This document shows, piece by piece, positions 24,226 through 34,900 of a DNA stretch of 59,573 bases. Each line of letters starts with the position of its first letter. Position 1 is the first letter of the stretch. The notes beneath the pieces are model-generated. The model worked only from the letters and a program-made list of their open reading frames with translations, searched no databases and had not been told where the DNA came from. The translations under genes and the position numbers were made by a program. The DNA comes from a virus (taxonomy: Duplodnaviria > Caudoviricetes): positions 1-59,573 of the IMG/VR virus record IMGVR_UViG_3300030090_001446. The stretch is one strand, 5' to 3'.

Positions 24226-25005
24226 ATGAATCAAACTTATAATATTTATATAGGATATGATCCAAAAGAAGAGGTTGCATATGAAATTCTTAAATGGAAT
24301 TTAAAAAGGATTGCAAAAAATCCACTGAATATATATCCACTTAAAAAAAATACACTAGAAAAAATAGGTTTATATAATCGAGAATATACAGAAGAGAATG
24401 GACAGAAGATTGATAAGATTGATGGTAAACCATTCTCCTCTGACTTTTCTTTTACACGGTTTTTAGTTCCTGCCTTGAGCATGTATCAAGGCTGGGCTTT
24501 ATATATGGACTGTGACATGTATCCAAGGAGTGATATCTGTGAATTGTTTGAAGAATACAACGATCCTTTTCATGCTGTTTATTGTGTTAAGCATGAGTAT
24601 ACGCCCAAAGATAATACAAAGATGGATAACCAAAAACAGGAACATTATTACCGAAAGAATTGGTCGAGTCTCATGCTGTTCAATTGCGAACACCCTCAAA
24701 ATCAAATGCTTACTCCGCATGTGGTAAACACACAGACAGGACAATACTTGCATAAGTTTGGATGGTTGCCTGATAAGCCAGCAGATATAGGTTCAATTCA
24801 TGAAGAATGGAACTGGCTTGATGGACATTCACCTGAAGAACTAGAACCTAAGAATGTTCACTTTACAACAGGTGGACCCTGGTTTTATAATTGGAAATGT
24901 AAAAGAGAAATGGATGGGAAGTATGCAGCAGAGTGGAACAATGATGCTAGTTATCTTCAAACAATAGGTGTACTCAAAAAAGATGTACATAAATATTTTT
25001 TATAA
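24226..25005 (+). CDS. GT-A fold glycosyltransferase (GT8-like)
   Basis: IYIGYD, FSFTRFLVP, DCD, RKNWSS, HFTTGGPW. Confidence 0.85.
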   Translation: MNQTYNIYIGYDPKEEVAYEILKWNLKRIAKNPLNIYPLKKNTLEKIGLYNREYTEENGQKIDKIDGKPFSSDFSFTRFLVPALSMYQGWALYMDCDMYPRSDICELFEEYNDPFHAVYCVKHEYTPKDNTKMDNQKQEHYYRKNWSSLMLFNCEHPQNQMLTPHVVNTQTGQYLHKFGWLPDKPADIGSIHEEWNWLDGHSPEELEPKNVHFTTGGPWFYNWKCKREMDGKYAAEWNNDASYLQTIGVLKKDVHKYFL

Positions 25006-25020
25006 GGAATAATAATACAC

Positions 25021-27459
25021 ATGACCAACCTTAATTTTGTAACTTCTTTTAATGAAAATTTATTTGTCGATACTTCATATAAATTTTTAGAATCAGTCTT
25101 AGATAAATGGGAACCTAAAATTAATCTTACATGTTATACACATGATCTTGATTTAAAAAATTATATAGTGCCTGATGTTAAACACATTGACTTTAAGTCT
25201 CTGCATGATGTGTCAGATTATGAAACATTTCATAAAACTTTTAGTAAACATAATGGTACTGAAGGAAAGACAGTAGATTATAATTGGAAGCTAGATGCAT
25301 TACGTTGGTCACATAAAGTATTTGCCCTAACGGAATCTGCATTTGATCTAATAGCTAAACATGATATGTTACCAGCAACAACAAGTCTTGGTTGGCTTAT
25401 CTGGATTGATGCAGATTCCTACACATTAAAACGTATGACAACTAAAGATGTATTAGCTCTTCTTCCAGAAGGTGCTGATATTGTTTGCCTTGAACGCTCT
25501 GATCAAGAGTATCATGAAGGAGCATTCATGGCTTTTAATCTTAATAGCAAAGCTACTCAAGATTTACTAGGTGATTTACGAGGAGCATATATTTCAGGTG
25601 AAGTATTTAATTATCGAGAGTGGCATGACTCTTTTATTTTTACTAGACTCCTTACAATTTATAAGGCACATGGTTTAAAGGTTCTTAATCTAGGAATGAA
25701 TGCTAATACAGAAAACTTTTCTGCCTTTGAACAATCTCCTTTATCTTCTATGTTTTTACATTTCCAAGGAGCAGATGCTTCTTCTCTAAAAAATATTAGA
25801 GATGAGAAAGGTGAACGATTTATTTCTTTATCAGATGATACTACACATGATATACTTCCTAGTCGGTATACACTTTTGTCTGATGTTATGAAACATTACA
25901 AGCCTGAAAAAACTATTTTAGAAACAGGAACCTGGAATGGTGGTCGCGCTATTCAAATGGCTATGACTATGTTTGAACATACAAATACCGTTCATTATAT
26001 TGGCTATGATTTATTTGAAGAAGCAACTCCAGAAACTGATGAAGAAGAATTTAATGTTAAAGCTCATAATAAAATGAGTGCAGTCGAAACAAGGTTTACT
26101 GATTTTGCTAACATTATGTTAAAACGTAAATCTAAATATTTTACTTTTGAATTATTTAAAGGTAATACACGTAATACATTAACTAAACAAGACGCTGACT
26201 TTGTATTACTCGGAGGAGGCAATAGTTTTGAAACTGTAAAGAATGAATATGAAAAATTAAAACACAATAAGGTTATTGTTTTTGATAATTATTATATGCA
26301 AGATAATACAGAACGAAATGTCATTGAAAAATATCAAGGTGTAAATAAAGTATATGAATCTATTCAAGAAACAAAAGTTAAAGAAGGTAAAGAAGATGAA
26401 GAAGGTTGGACTTCTTTTGATGATAAAGATACAGGAATAAGAAAACTTATTCTACCATCATCAGATGATGTAAGAGGTGGAGGCATTGCACATATATGCT
26501 TAATTCTAAATGATTCTGAATTACCAGAAGTACCTCGAAAGTTTAAACAAGTACCTATAATAGTTAATCCTAGAGATTGTGTATCAAAAGATTATATTAG
26601 AGACAATATTAAATCTAATCTTAAAATGATTGAGCATAATAGATTTATGCATCGTATCAGTCCACATAATAAAACAGCCTTGATTGTATCAGGTGGTCCT
26701 TATCTTGATATTAAAGAACTTAAAGATACCATTAAAGATAATCCAGGATGTAAAGTTGTATGCGTTAAACATAGTTATAACAAACTACTTGTTAATAATA
26801 TTAAACCTTGGGCTTGTGTTCTTCTTGATCCTCGTCCTATTACAGGTACAAGCACACATGGTATTGTACGCAAAGATTTGTTTAAGGAAGTTGATCCTGA
26901 TACAAAATTCTTTGTAGCTTCCATGACTGATCCTTCTGTTACAGAATATCTTATATCTAAAAATGCTGATATCTATGGATGGCACGCCTTTACTGAATCT
27001 CTTAGAGAAGAAGATGAACGAGGAGTTCAGATTGTCAATAATCAAGTACATTTGGTAGGTGAGTTAGGTATCCCTCAAGGTTCTACTTTGATTACAGGTG
27101 GTACATGTGCAGCCATGAGGTCTATTGGTATCATGAATACAATGGGCTTTAGAGAGATGCATCTATTTGGTTTCGATTGTTCTATGGAAGAACCTACAGA
27201 GGAACAAATGAAAGAAACTACAGGTGCTGAAGATGAAGAACCAAAACCAAAGTACATGAAAGTAACAGTTAATGATACAGATTTCTGGACTACTGGAGAA
27301 CTATTAGCTATGGCACAAGATTGTGAGCGTAGTTTCAGAGATGAAAACTCATCAATTAATTTTACTTTTCATGGTGAAGGAACAATGGTAGCAGAGTTAT
27401 GGAAAATTATAGAATCAGAACGTCCTCTGCCCACATTTGAGGAGGTGTTTGATGACTAA
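25021..27459 (+). CDS. Three-domain protein: GT-A-like, class I SAM methyltransferase, MptE/Maf-like (DUF115)
   Basis: WIDADS; ILETGTWNGG...YIGYDLF; IVSGGP...GFREMHLFGFDCS. Confidence 0.7.
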   Translation: MTNLNFVTSFNENLFVDTSYKFLESVLDKWEPKINLTCYTHDLDLKNYIVPDVKHIDFKSLHDVSDYETFHKTFSKHNGTEGKTVDYNWKLDALRWSHKVFALTESAFDLIAKHDMLPATTSLGWLIWIDADSYTLKRMTTKDVLALLPEGADIVCLERSDQEYHEGAFMAFNLNSKATQDLLGDLRGAYISGEVFNYREWHDSFIFTRLLTIYKAHGLKVLNLGMNANTENFSAFEQSPLSSMFLHFQGADASSLKNIRDEKGERFISLSDDTTHDILPSRYTLLSDVMKHYKPEKTILETGTWNGGRAIQMAMTMFEHTNTVHYIGYDLFEEATPETDEEEFNVKAHNKMSAVETRFTDFANIMLKRKSKYFTFELFKGNTRNTLTKQDADFVLLGGGNSFETVKNEYEKLKHNKVIVFDNYYMQDNTERNVIEKYQGVNKVYESIQETKVKEGKEDEEGWTSFDDKDTGIRKLILPSSDDVRGGGIAHICLILNDSELPEVPRKFKQVPIIVNPRDCVSKDYIRDNIKSNLKMIEHNRFMHRISPHNKTALIVSGGPYLDIKELKDTIKDNPGCKVVCVKHSYNKLLVNNIKPWACVLLDPRPITGTSTHGIVRKDLFKEVDPDTKFFVASMTDPSVTEYLISKNADIYGWHAFTESLREEDERGVQIVNNQVHLVGELGIPQGSTLITGGTCAAMRSIGIMNTMGFREMHLFGFDCSMEEPTEEQMKETTGAEDEEPKPKYMKVTVNDTDFWTTGELLAMAQDCERSFRDENSSINFTFHGEGTMVAELWKIIESERPLPTFEEVFDD

Positions 27460-28087
27460 CTTTTCTAGAAAAAACCCATCGTCTCGATATAATGAGCTTG
27501 TTGAAAAATACGAAAAGATTCATGCTAAAGGTAAAGGATATTTTAATGGGAAAAGTTTATTAAAATATATTTCAAATGTACACCAAAAAATTATTGTACA
27601 TGAGTGTAAATCTTTATTAGATTATGGTTCAGGAAAAGGATTACTATATACAGATGAATGTTCTTTAGTAGAACCATTACTTAATAACAAGACTAAAGGT
27701 ATTACTCGTCCTTTACAAGAGTTGTGGAACTTAAACTATCATCAATGTTATGATCCTGCATATCCAGAACATTCTAAAAAACCAGAAGGTAAGTTTGATG
27801 CAGTTATTTCTATTGATGTATTAGAACATATTAATGAAGATGATTTAGAATGGGTATTGAATGAGATTTTTTCTTATGCAAACAAGATGGTCTTTCTAAA
27901 TGTAGCTTGCTTTAAAGCTGCTAAACATTTTGAAGATGGAGAGAACGTACACATTAGTGTATTTAATCCTGAATGGTGGTTTATTCTTGTAGCAGATATA
28001 ATGAAAAATTATCCTGGAATTACGACATATTTATTATGTGAAAAAATAGGACACTTAACAGACTATATTATAAGAGGAGGAGAATAA
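27452..28087 (+). CDS. Class I SAM-dependent methyltransferase
   Basis: LLDYGSGKG, YDPA, FDAVISIDVLEHI; GGAGG RBS. Confidence 0.85.
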   Translation: MTNFSRKNPSSRYNELVEKYEKIHAKGKGYFNGKSLLKYISNVHQKIIVHECKSLLDYGSGKGLLYTDECSLVEPLLNNKTKGITRPLQELWNLNYHQCYDPAYPEHSKKPEGKFDAVISIDVLEHINEDDLEWVLNEIFSYANKMVFLNVACFKAAKHFEDGENVHISVFNPEWWFILVADIMKNYPGITTYLLCEKIGHLTDYIIRGGE

Positions 28088-28088
28088 C

Positions 28089-28493
28089 ATGCTAGGAATT
28101 GTAGACTCAGTAGTAGGAGTGGCAGGAAAAGTTCTCGATAAATTTGTTGAGGACAAAGACTTACGACTTAAACTAGATGCAGAACTTAGATCACAACTGA
28201 TTAATCTAGATGCTCTTCAAGCACAAACCAATCTAGAACAAGCCAAACATGATTCTATTTTCGTTGCTGGAGCTAGACCTGCAATCATGTGGATATGTGC
28301 CTTTGCCTTGGCATGGCAATACATTGTAGGACCAATGGCATCATGGGCTTTAACTATCTATGATCCTTTAATTCAACTCCCCACTCTTGGTACAGAAGAA
28401 CTTACGGGTCTTGTTATGGCTTTATTGGGATTGGGAGCAGCCCGTTCATACGAAAAATCTAAGGGCGTGGCTCGAAACAGTATGAGAAGGTAA
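28089..28493 (+). CDS. 3TM holin, GTA-release type (DUF3154-like)
   Basis: LDKFVEDKD, FVAGARPAIMWIC, LLGLGAARSYEK. Confidence 0.85.
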   Translation: MLGIVDSVVGVAGKVLDKFVEDKDLRLKLDAELRSQLINLDALQAQTNLEQAKHDSIFVAGARPAIMWICAFALAWQYIVGPMASWALTIYDPLIQLPTLGTEELTGLVMALLGLGAARSYEKSKGVARNSMRR

Positions 28494-28630
28494 TGAAAAT
28501 ACTGGTATTGTGTGCAACTGTTTTATTCTTAAATGGTTGTGTACATTTAGCTTTATTTACTGTGATAAAAGAAACTGCCACAATAGGTTATTACAATGAA
28601 AGGTTAAAACAAATTGAAAATAAAAAATAA
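28493..28630 (+). CDS. Small lipoprotein (45 aa, not in track)
   Basis: MKILVLCATVLFLNGC lipobox; TAATG-coupled to the holin. Confidence 0.5.
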   Translation: MKILVLCATVLFLNGCVHLALFTVIKETATIGYYNERLKQIENKK

Positions 28631-28778
28631 TTTACACAAGTTACGTAATTGGAAAGTAATTTCAATATTATCTTTTTACCTATTAGCTATAGGCGTAACA
28701 GGCTATTTAACATTTCTTGCATGGGCATGTTTAATAAATCAATTTTGTAATGGATGTTTTGAATAAAGGATATTTAAT

Positions 28779-29225
28779 ATGAAAGAAGGAAAAATATGGG
28801 GAACTACAGAAAATATCTGTGCAAATAGTTCTTTTGAATTTCACCGTATTGAATTTCAAAAAGATAGTGAATGCAGTAAACATAAACACCAGTATAAATG
28901 GAATGGTTTCTTTGTCGAAAGAGGAAAACTTTTAATTAGAGTATGGAAAAATTCTTATGATTTAGTTGACCAAACTATTTTAAAAGCAGGAGATTATACT
29001 AAAGTAAAACCTGGGGAATATCATCAATTTAAAGGAATAGAAGATGGTGTTGCTTTTGAATTATATTGGGCTGAATTTAATCATGATGACATAGAAAGGG
29101 AAAGTGTTGGAAAAGGACCAAGAGGGTACACTGAAGAAGATGACACCACTCCACACCAAGGATTGGTATATCAAGTGGGCAGCTTCTCTGATCCTATTAG
29201 TTGGAATGCTGCTGACAAGCAATAA
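28779..29225 (+). CDS. Cupin-fold protein
   Basis: KIWG, CSKHKH..KWNGFFVE, PGEYHQF. Confidence 0.8.
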   Translation: MKEGKIWGTTENICANSSFEFHRIEFQKDSECSKHKHQYKWNGFFVERGKLLIRVWKNSYDLVDQTILKAGDYTKVKPGEYHQFKGIEDGVAFELYWAEFNHDDIERESVGKGPRGYTEEDDTTPHQGLVYQVGSFSDPISWNAADKQ

Positions 29226-29379
29226 TATTTTTCCTTATAATCTTTTTGTACATATTATAGGATTAACAGGATGGTTGATTGTAGCATTAATGTGGAATGA
29301 TCGAGCTTTGATTATTATTAATGCTGTATCAATTGCTATCTTAGCTAATGGATTGTTAAATTATTATGTCGTTAAATAG
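29140..29379 (+). CDS. Small three-TM membrane protein (DUF6552-like)
   Basis: DWYIKWAAS...PYNL...WNDRALI; overlaps the cupin tail. Confidence 0.7.
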   Translation: MTPLHTKDWYIKWAASLILLVGMLLTSNNIFPYNLFVHIIGLTGWLIVALMWNDRALIIINAVSIAILANGLLNYYVVK

Positions 29380-29773
29380 TAAACAAGAAAAATTTGCACA
29401 AGCCTATGTACTGCATCGTAATGCAACAGAGGCTGCAAAGGCAGCAGGGTATTCTGAGAAGTCTGCTAATAATCAGGGGTATAGATTATTACAGATAGAT
29501 GAAGTCGTAACCAGAATTGAGGAACTGGAAAGCGAACTTGTTACTGATATTGATGTTGTTGATGAACTGGAATCTCAGTATACCTTTGCTGCTACTCATG
29601 GTCATACCAATAGTGCAATCAAAGCATTAGAACTTTTATCCAGAGTAAGAGGTGCGAAGTCAGATAGAACTACACACCTCTCTACTGAAACAATTGAGCA
29701 AGAAATTGTTAGCTATATGGAAGCTTTAGGTAAAGATAAAATAGATGATCTAATTAAAAAGTGTAAGTTTTAA
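29366..29773 (+). CDS. terS: Terminase small subunit
   Basis: LNSKQEKFAQAY...NATEAAKAAGYS..SA...GYRLL; AIKALELL. Confidence 0.8.
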   Translation: MSLNSKQEKFAQAYVLHRNATEAAKAAGYSEKSANNQGYRLLQIDEVVTRIEELESELVTDIDVVDELESQYTFAATHGHTNSAIKALELLSRVRGAKSDRTTHLSTETIEQEIVSYMEALGKDKIDDLIKKCKF

Positions 29774-31203
29774 TCAGGATCAATCCCATAACCACCTTCT
29801 GCTTCCGCAGTAAAGTCCGCAGTAAAGTCAGGATAAAAATCTCCAGGTTCATCAATATAAGAACCTCCTCCATGCCATGCGAATGTTCCTTTAGGTACGT
29901 CCTCATAAGATGCAAAACCTGTTTTAAAGTATGCGTCAACTTCTTCTTTTGACATATCAAAAAAATCTTTTGCTTGATCACCATAAAGGTGATCTGGTAG
30001 TGATGTACTATATGATTGTGGTACTGATTGTGGTACTATACTAGTGAGTCCTTGAGCATCCGCAAATCCTCCAGTATGCGTTAGTCCTCCATACATTACA
30101 TCTCCTCTATCCCTCACTAGATTGAAATCCTCTGGTTGGACAACACCAAACATATCTTCGTGAGTTGGTACAAAGGATTCGCTATATGGGTTGAAAGTTC
30201 CCTCTTCTTGTGCCGCAATAGCTTGTGCTAAGTCAGCTTCCCAACCAGAAGGAAGCTGCCCAAAACCTATATTTTCATCTATAACAGTATATGGATTTCC
30301 TGGTTCCGCATAAGCATCATAGAATACATCAGGGGTAATGCCTAATCCTAATCCAGACGTAGCTAATTCTATTGGACCTGCTAATCCAGGTAAATCTACA
30401 CCTTCTTGTAGAACACTTTCAGGTTCTGTTTTTGGTGGGTCCATAAGATCAGTAACAAAACTAATAAGACCAAGTATAGGCATGAAAGCAGGAAAAAATA
30501 AAGATGCTAGTAATCCTAGTCCAGCAAATGTCCAATCTTTTCCAGTAACTTTTTCTCCCATTGCAGCTTTTACTGCTGGTGTTACCAATGGGGCAACGTG
30601 TTGAGCAGCACCTTTACCTATAAGCTGGGGTAAAGACCCTCTAACCACAGCCGATGTCACACCAGACCCTGTGAGAAATGGACCCACTTTCCCTGTGTAA
30701 GGAGTTTCAAAAGTAAATCCTGATGACCAACTAGGCCAACTAGCATCCCATCGACCTTCTTGTTCACCCATAGCTGCTAGTGGAGAACTTTGTTGAGCAT
30801 ATAAATTTCCTTGTTGATCTGCTAATTCAGGATACATACCTGCTCCAAATGCTGCCTCACCTATCTCAGTTTGAGGAATCAATGATTCTATATCATGTTC
30901 CTCAATAGCTACCTCTGGTATTGACATTGATATAGGTTCTGCATATCCACTCTCAACAACCATTGGATTAGAGACAACATCTGCTTCTCCTAGTTCTTGA
31001 GAAATAATTTGACCATTAGTCTGTCTTCCTATTATAGGTATAATTCCACCTCCCATAACACCACGGGGAAGCTGTATACGTCTAGGCATACGCCTTTGTC
31101 TAGGCTGCATAGCATACATAGCTCTGCGCTGCCTTCTATTAGGTTGTCTCTCTGTAGGTATAAACCCAGCTAATCCACTTTGATCTATAGGAAGTGCGTA
31201 CAT
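29770..31203 (-). CDS. Putative internal virion protein (basic N-terminus, acidic body, one TM-like segment)
   Basis: 477 aa; shares GG(I/L)(I/V)P...RQTN with the 723-aa protein. Confidence 0.55.
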   Translation of the reverse strand: MYALPIDQSGLAGFIPTERQPNRRQRRAMYAMQPRQRRMPRRIQLPRGVMGGGIIPIIGRQTNGQIISQELGEADVVSNPMVVESGYAEPISMSIPEVAIEEHDIESLIPQTEIGEAAFGAGMYPELADQQGNLYAQQSSPLAAMGEQEGRWDASWPSWSSGFTFETPYTGKVGPFLTGSGVTSAVVRGSLPQLIGKGAAQHVAPLVTPAVKAAMGEKVTGKDWTFAGLGLLASLFFPAFMPILGLISFVTDLMDPPKTEPESVLQEGVDLPGLAGPIELATSGLGLGITPDVFYDAYAEPGNPYTVIDENIGFGQLPSGWEADLAQAIAAQEEGTFNPYSESFVPTHEDMFGVVQPEDFNLVRDRGDVMYGGLTHTGGFADAQGLTSIVPQSVPQSYSTSLPDHLYGDQAKDFFDMSKEEVDAYFKTGFASYEDVPKGTFAWHGGGSYIDEPGDFYPDFTADFTAEAEGGYGIDPD

Positions 31204-31583
31204 TATTTATAACTCCATATCCAAGGTCTTGGGTGTGTATCATTAGACATATCGTCTAAATGTATAAACCTACGGTCATGTGCGCCTCTTTGAGCAACAC
31301 CTATACCTGTCATCCCATGTTTAATACCTAATTTTATAAGATCATATGCTACTTCACCAATAGCTGCTATATCTACAGCCCTACCAAATATATGAGGTGA
31401 ATCTTTAACACCTCCTATGGCACTGTTATGTGCAGGATGTCGATAAGCTGAATTAATAATCATTGGCCTGTCTAATTCTGTTCTAATATTAATTAGTTTT
31501 TCCATAAATGAATCATTCATATGGCATTCATCAGTGCCTTTGCATTTCATTTCATCTACAGAAAAATATGGATTGTCAATCAT
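31203..31583 (-). CDS. Peptidase M15A endolysin-like protein
   Basis: SAYR...HN...SPHIFGRAVDI...FIHLD. Confidence 0.9.
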   Translation of the reverse strand: MIDNPYFSVDEMKCKGTDECHMNDSFMEKLINIRTELDRPMIINSAYRHPAHNSAIGGVKDSPHIFGRAVDIAAIGEVAYDLIKLGIKHGMTGIGVAQRGAHDRRFIHLDDMSNDTHPRPWIWSYK

Positions 31584-31927
31584 TATTTGTCCTCTACTGG
31601 TGGGTGTTTTCCATTATGCATGTGATAAATTTTACTATTAAAATCTTCAAGCTGTTCTATTTTAGTATGCATTCTTTCTAAAGAACGATGTAGTTTTTCT
31701 CTATTATCAGGTGATAAGATTGTAGATAAAACCCCAATCTTATTTTCAGTTACTTGTGTACTAATATTATTCTTTTCTAATGAATCAAATAATTCATTAA
31801 TATTTTTTTGTATATTCTTTACATCGTCTTCTAATTCTATACATTTTTGACGAGTAACAATAAAGCTTGTCAGTACACTAATAAGCATCCCACCTAATGT
31901 TATTAAAAGTCTTGCGTCCAGTTCCAT
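31583..31927 (-). CDS. Single-TM coiled-coil protein, possibly lysis-related
   Basis: N-terminal TM helix, heptads, adjacent to the endolysin. Confidence 0.55.
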   Translation of the reverse strand: MELDARLLITLGGMLISVLTSFIVTRQKCIELEDDVKNIQKNINELFDSLEKNNISTQVTENKIGVLSTILSPDNREKLHRSLERMHTKIEQLEDFNSKIYHMHNGKHPPVEDK

Positions 31928-34900
31928 TATTTTTCTTCTTGTTCTTCTATATTACGGGATAAAGAACGACCACCAAAATCGCTTTCAACTTTACGTAAAA
32001 TCTTACGTACCTCAACAAGATCAATTCGATCTTTACGCTCTCTATTTTTATTAGCTTCTCGTATTGTAGAAGTTAAATTTTTACTCAACGATAATCTTGG
32101 AGTATTAAATTGATTTCTTAATATATAGCTCATGTCGTGTTTACTTAGCTGCCCTCTAGCAACTTTATCCATAGCTAAATCTCTTAACTCACGTTGAGAC
32201 ATAAATCCTTTAAAAGAAGTATGAAGTGTAAATATTTGTTGAGCCGCTCCAAATTTTTCTTCAATAGCTTCACGATACATTTTTTCTATAGATTTTAAAT
32301 TAGGTTTTTGAGCAGAAGCGCTAAAGATAGAATTAATTTCTGTCACAACATCGTCATAATCATTTTCAGAATTTCTAGCTAAAGTTCTTGTTGCATAAGT
32401 AATTTGTTTTCTAGGATCAAATTCTCTTTCTTTAATTCCCCAAGAAAACGGATTTATTTGCGCCATAATTTCCCAAGCAGAAACATTTTCTCCTTTTCCC
32501 GCAGCTAAATCAGCACCAGGAACTCCTAGTCTACGTAAATCTTCTCTTAATGTAGTATCTTTAAGACGTAGTTGTTTTTCTCCTGGAAGTGTTCTTTTTA
32601 AAACTCTATCTAATGTTGATAAATATTCATTTGAATCAGCAAAGCCAGACTCAAAAGCTAACTCTCTAATAGGTTTTACAAATCCAGGCTCCACTGTTTT
32701 ATAATAAGCACCTAAAGCGGCCATTGCTTTTTGAGAATTATCAGCATCAGCATAATCATATAAATCTTTTGCTCCTTGTACAGCTAAAGATGTTCCAAAA
32801 AAAGGTTCTAATTGTCTTGAAGCAATACCTGTTATTGTATCAAATAAAGACTCATCTATGTTTCTTCCTTCTCCCATATCTAAAATAAAGGGCATAATAA
32901 AATCTAATGTATATTGATCAGGGTTTGAATAACTATGATTCTGATAATAAATTTTACCTTTATTATCTTTTCTAATTGTTATAGCACCGTTTCTTTCCCA
33001 CTCAGCTAAAGTATTTCTAACTGTTGGCATATATTTTTGTGTATCATTATATAAATTATAAAAGTAAGCACCAGTATAAGCTGAACCTGCAACAACTGCT
33101 TGAGAAGCTAATCGGTTTAATCCTGCATTAACTAATGATTTATTTCCTGTAGCAATTCCTTCTTGTATTTCTTGTCCTGATATTTTAAATAAATTATATT
33201 TATTACGTAAGTTCTCAGCAGGAAAAGCAGCAAAGTTTCCTAAAACAGGAAGACCTCTCATTTTTTCAACAAGAGCAGGTATTCTTGAATAAACAGGAAC
33301 AAGTTGCATAGCTTTCGCAACAGCTTGCTCATCCAATAATTCTTTATCAAATTTAGCTAACGCATTTTGTTCACCTGGAATTATTTTACCACCTAAAAAA
33401 GCATTACTAAACTCTTTTCTTTTTTGTTGTTTTATTTCATCAGAAAAATTATCCCATATTTTAGTTGCCCGTTTTCTTTCCCGAAAAAAAGTTGCCATTT
33501 TAGCAAAATCATCTGTAAACATATACATGTTTTCCAGACCTTTAATTGTTTTATCTATACCAGGAATTTTTTCAACAACATTTTGTCCGCCTGTTCCTAC
33601 AGCAAGAGCAAATTCTTCAGCAATATTGCCACGACCTTTATCTAATTCAGCAAGTCTAGTAAATATTTGATTTAATTCTACTTGACTTCCTTTTAAACCC
33701 ATACGAGCCATCATGTCCCACATCTCTTGTCTAGCTTCAGGATTTTTTATATTTTTTCCATAAAACTCAACAACATCTTTTAGTCCTCCATAGTTACCGC
33801 TACCAATAACATATGAAGCAGCACCTGTGGCGTTACGAATATGAGCATAAGGGTTATAAATAGTTTTAGCTTTTTTTAATCGACCTTGTGCTGCCGATAA
33901 AACATTACCTACGCTTTGTACAAATCCAGACCCAATTCCTTCGTATTTATCAAAAAGTCTAGAATCAAAACCTTCTACTAAATTTTTAATTATAGTTGCT
34001 TGATTTTTATCAATATAAATCTCATTAATATCTTTAGTTAAAATGTTTTTAGTCAATGCAAATGGAGATAAAGCATCAGATACTTTACCCTTTGGATCAA
34101 ATCCTGATACTAATTTAACCATATTTTTAGGTGGTGGTCCATCTGCGTCTGTAATTTTTTTAGCAACTCCTCTAGCTAATAAACTTTCAGCTAATGAAGA
34201 AGCAAGTCTCATTTGAGTAGAAGAGTCTACAATACCTTTAGCAGTTTCTAAAGCTCGAATAGCAGGTTGATTGTTCTTTCCCCAAATAGCCTGTACTGCT
34301 TTAGGTATTTCTTTTCTTTTATCTAAGGGACCAAGCTTTTTTTTCCTGTTCAATACAGAGTTGTATTGTTTTCTAGCAAATTCTTCTACATATTTATCAA
34401 TATCAATTTCAGGTTTTAATTCATCATCTCTTATTAAATTAGCTTTTGTTGCCCATTTTTTATCTTTAGTTGCAGCATCAGCTAATAGTTCTTCTTGTAA
34501 TTCTTGTAGTAAATCAGGCTTGTCTTCAATAAATTTATTAAATGGTTCTTTTCTTGAAGATATATATCTATCATAAATATCTCTAGCATATGGCTTATCA
34601 GGATTATATTTATATTGCCCTTTAATTTTTGCACTAATAAATTTTCCAGCACCAGCAATATCTTGAAGCTGCCCTACAGTTTCTTGCCATTCTTTAATTG
34701 TATTTTGCAACTCAACACTTCTATTTCCTATTGTAGTTAAAGCCTGTCTATTACCTTCCATTGCTTTATTTATTAAAGCTACATCTCCCTCTTGTTGAAA
34801 ATTAGCTTTAATTTCTTTGTCCATTTTAATAGAAATTTTTTCAGCAACTTCTTCTAAAGGCTTTGTTTCTCCAGTTATACGTTCAAAAACTCTAGTACTT

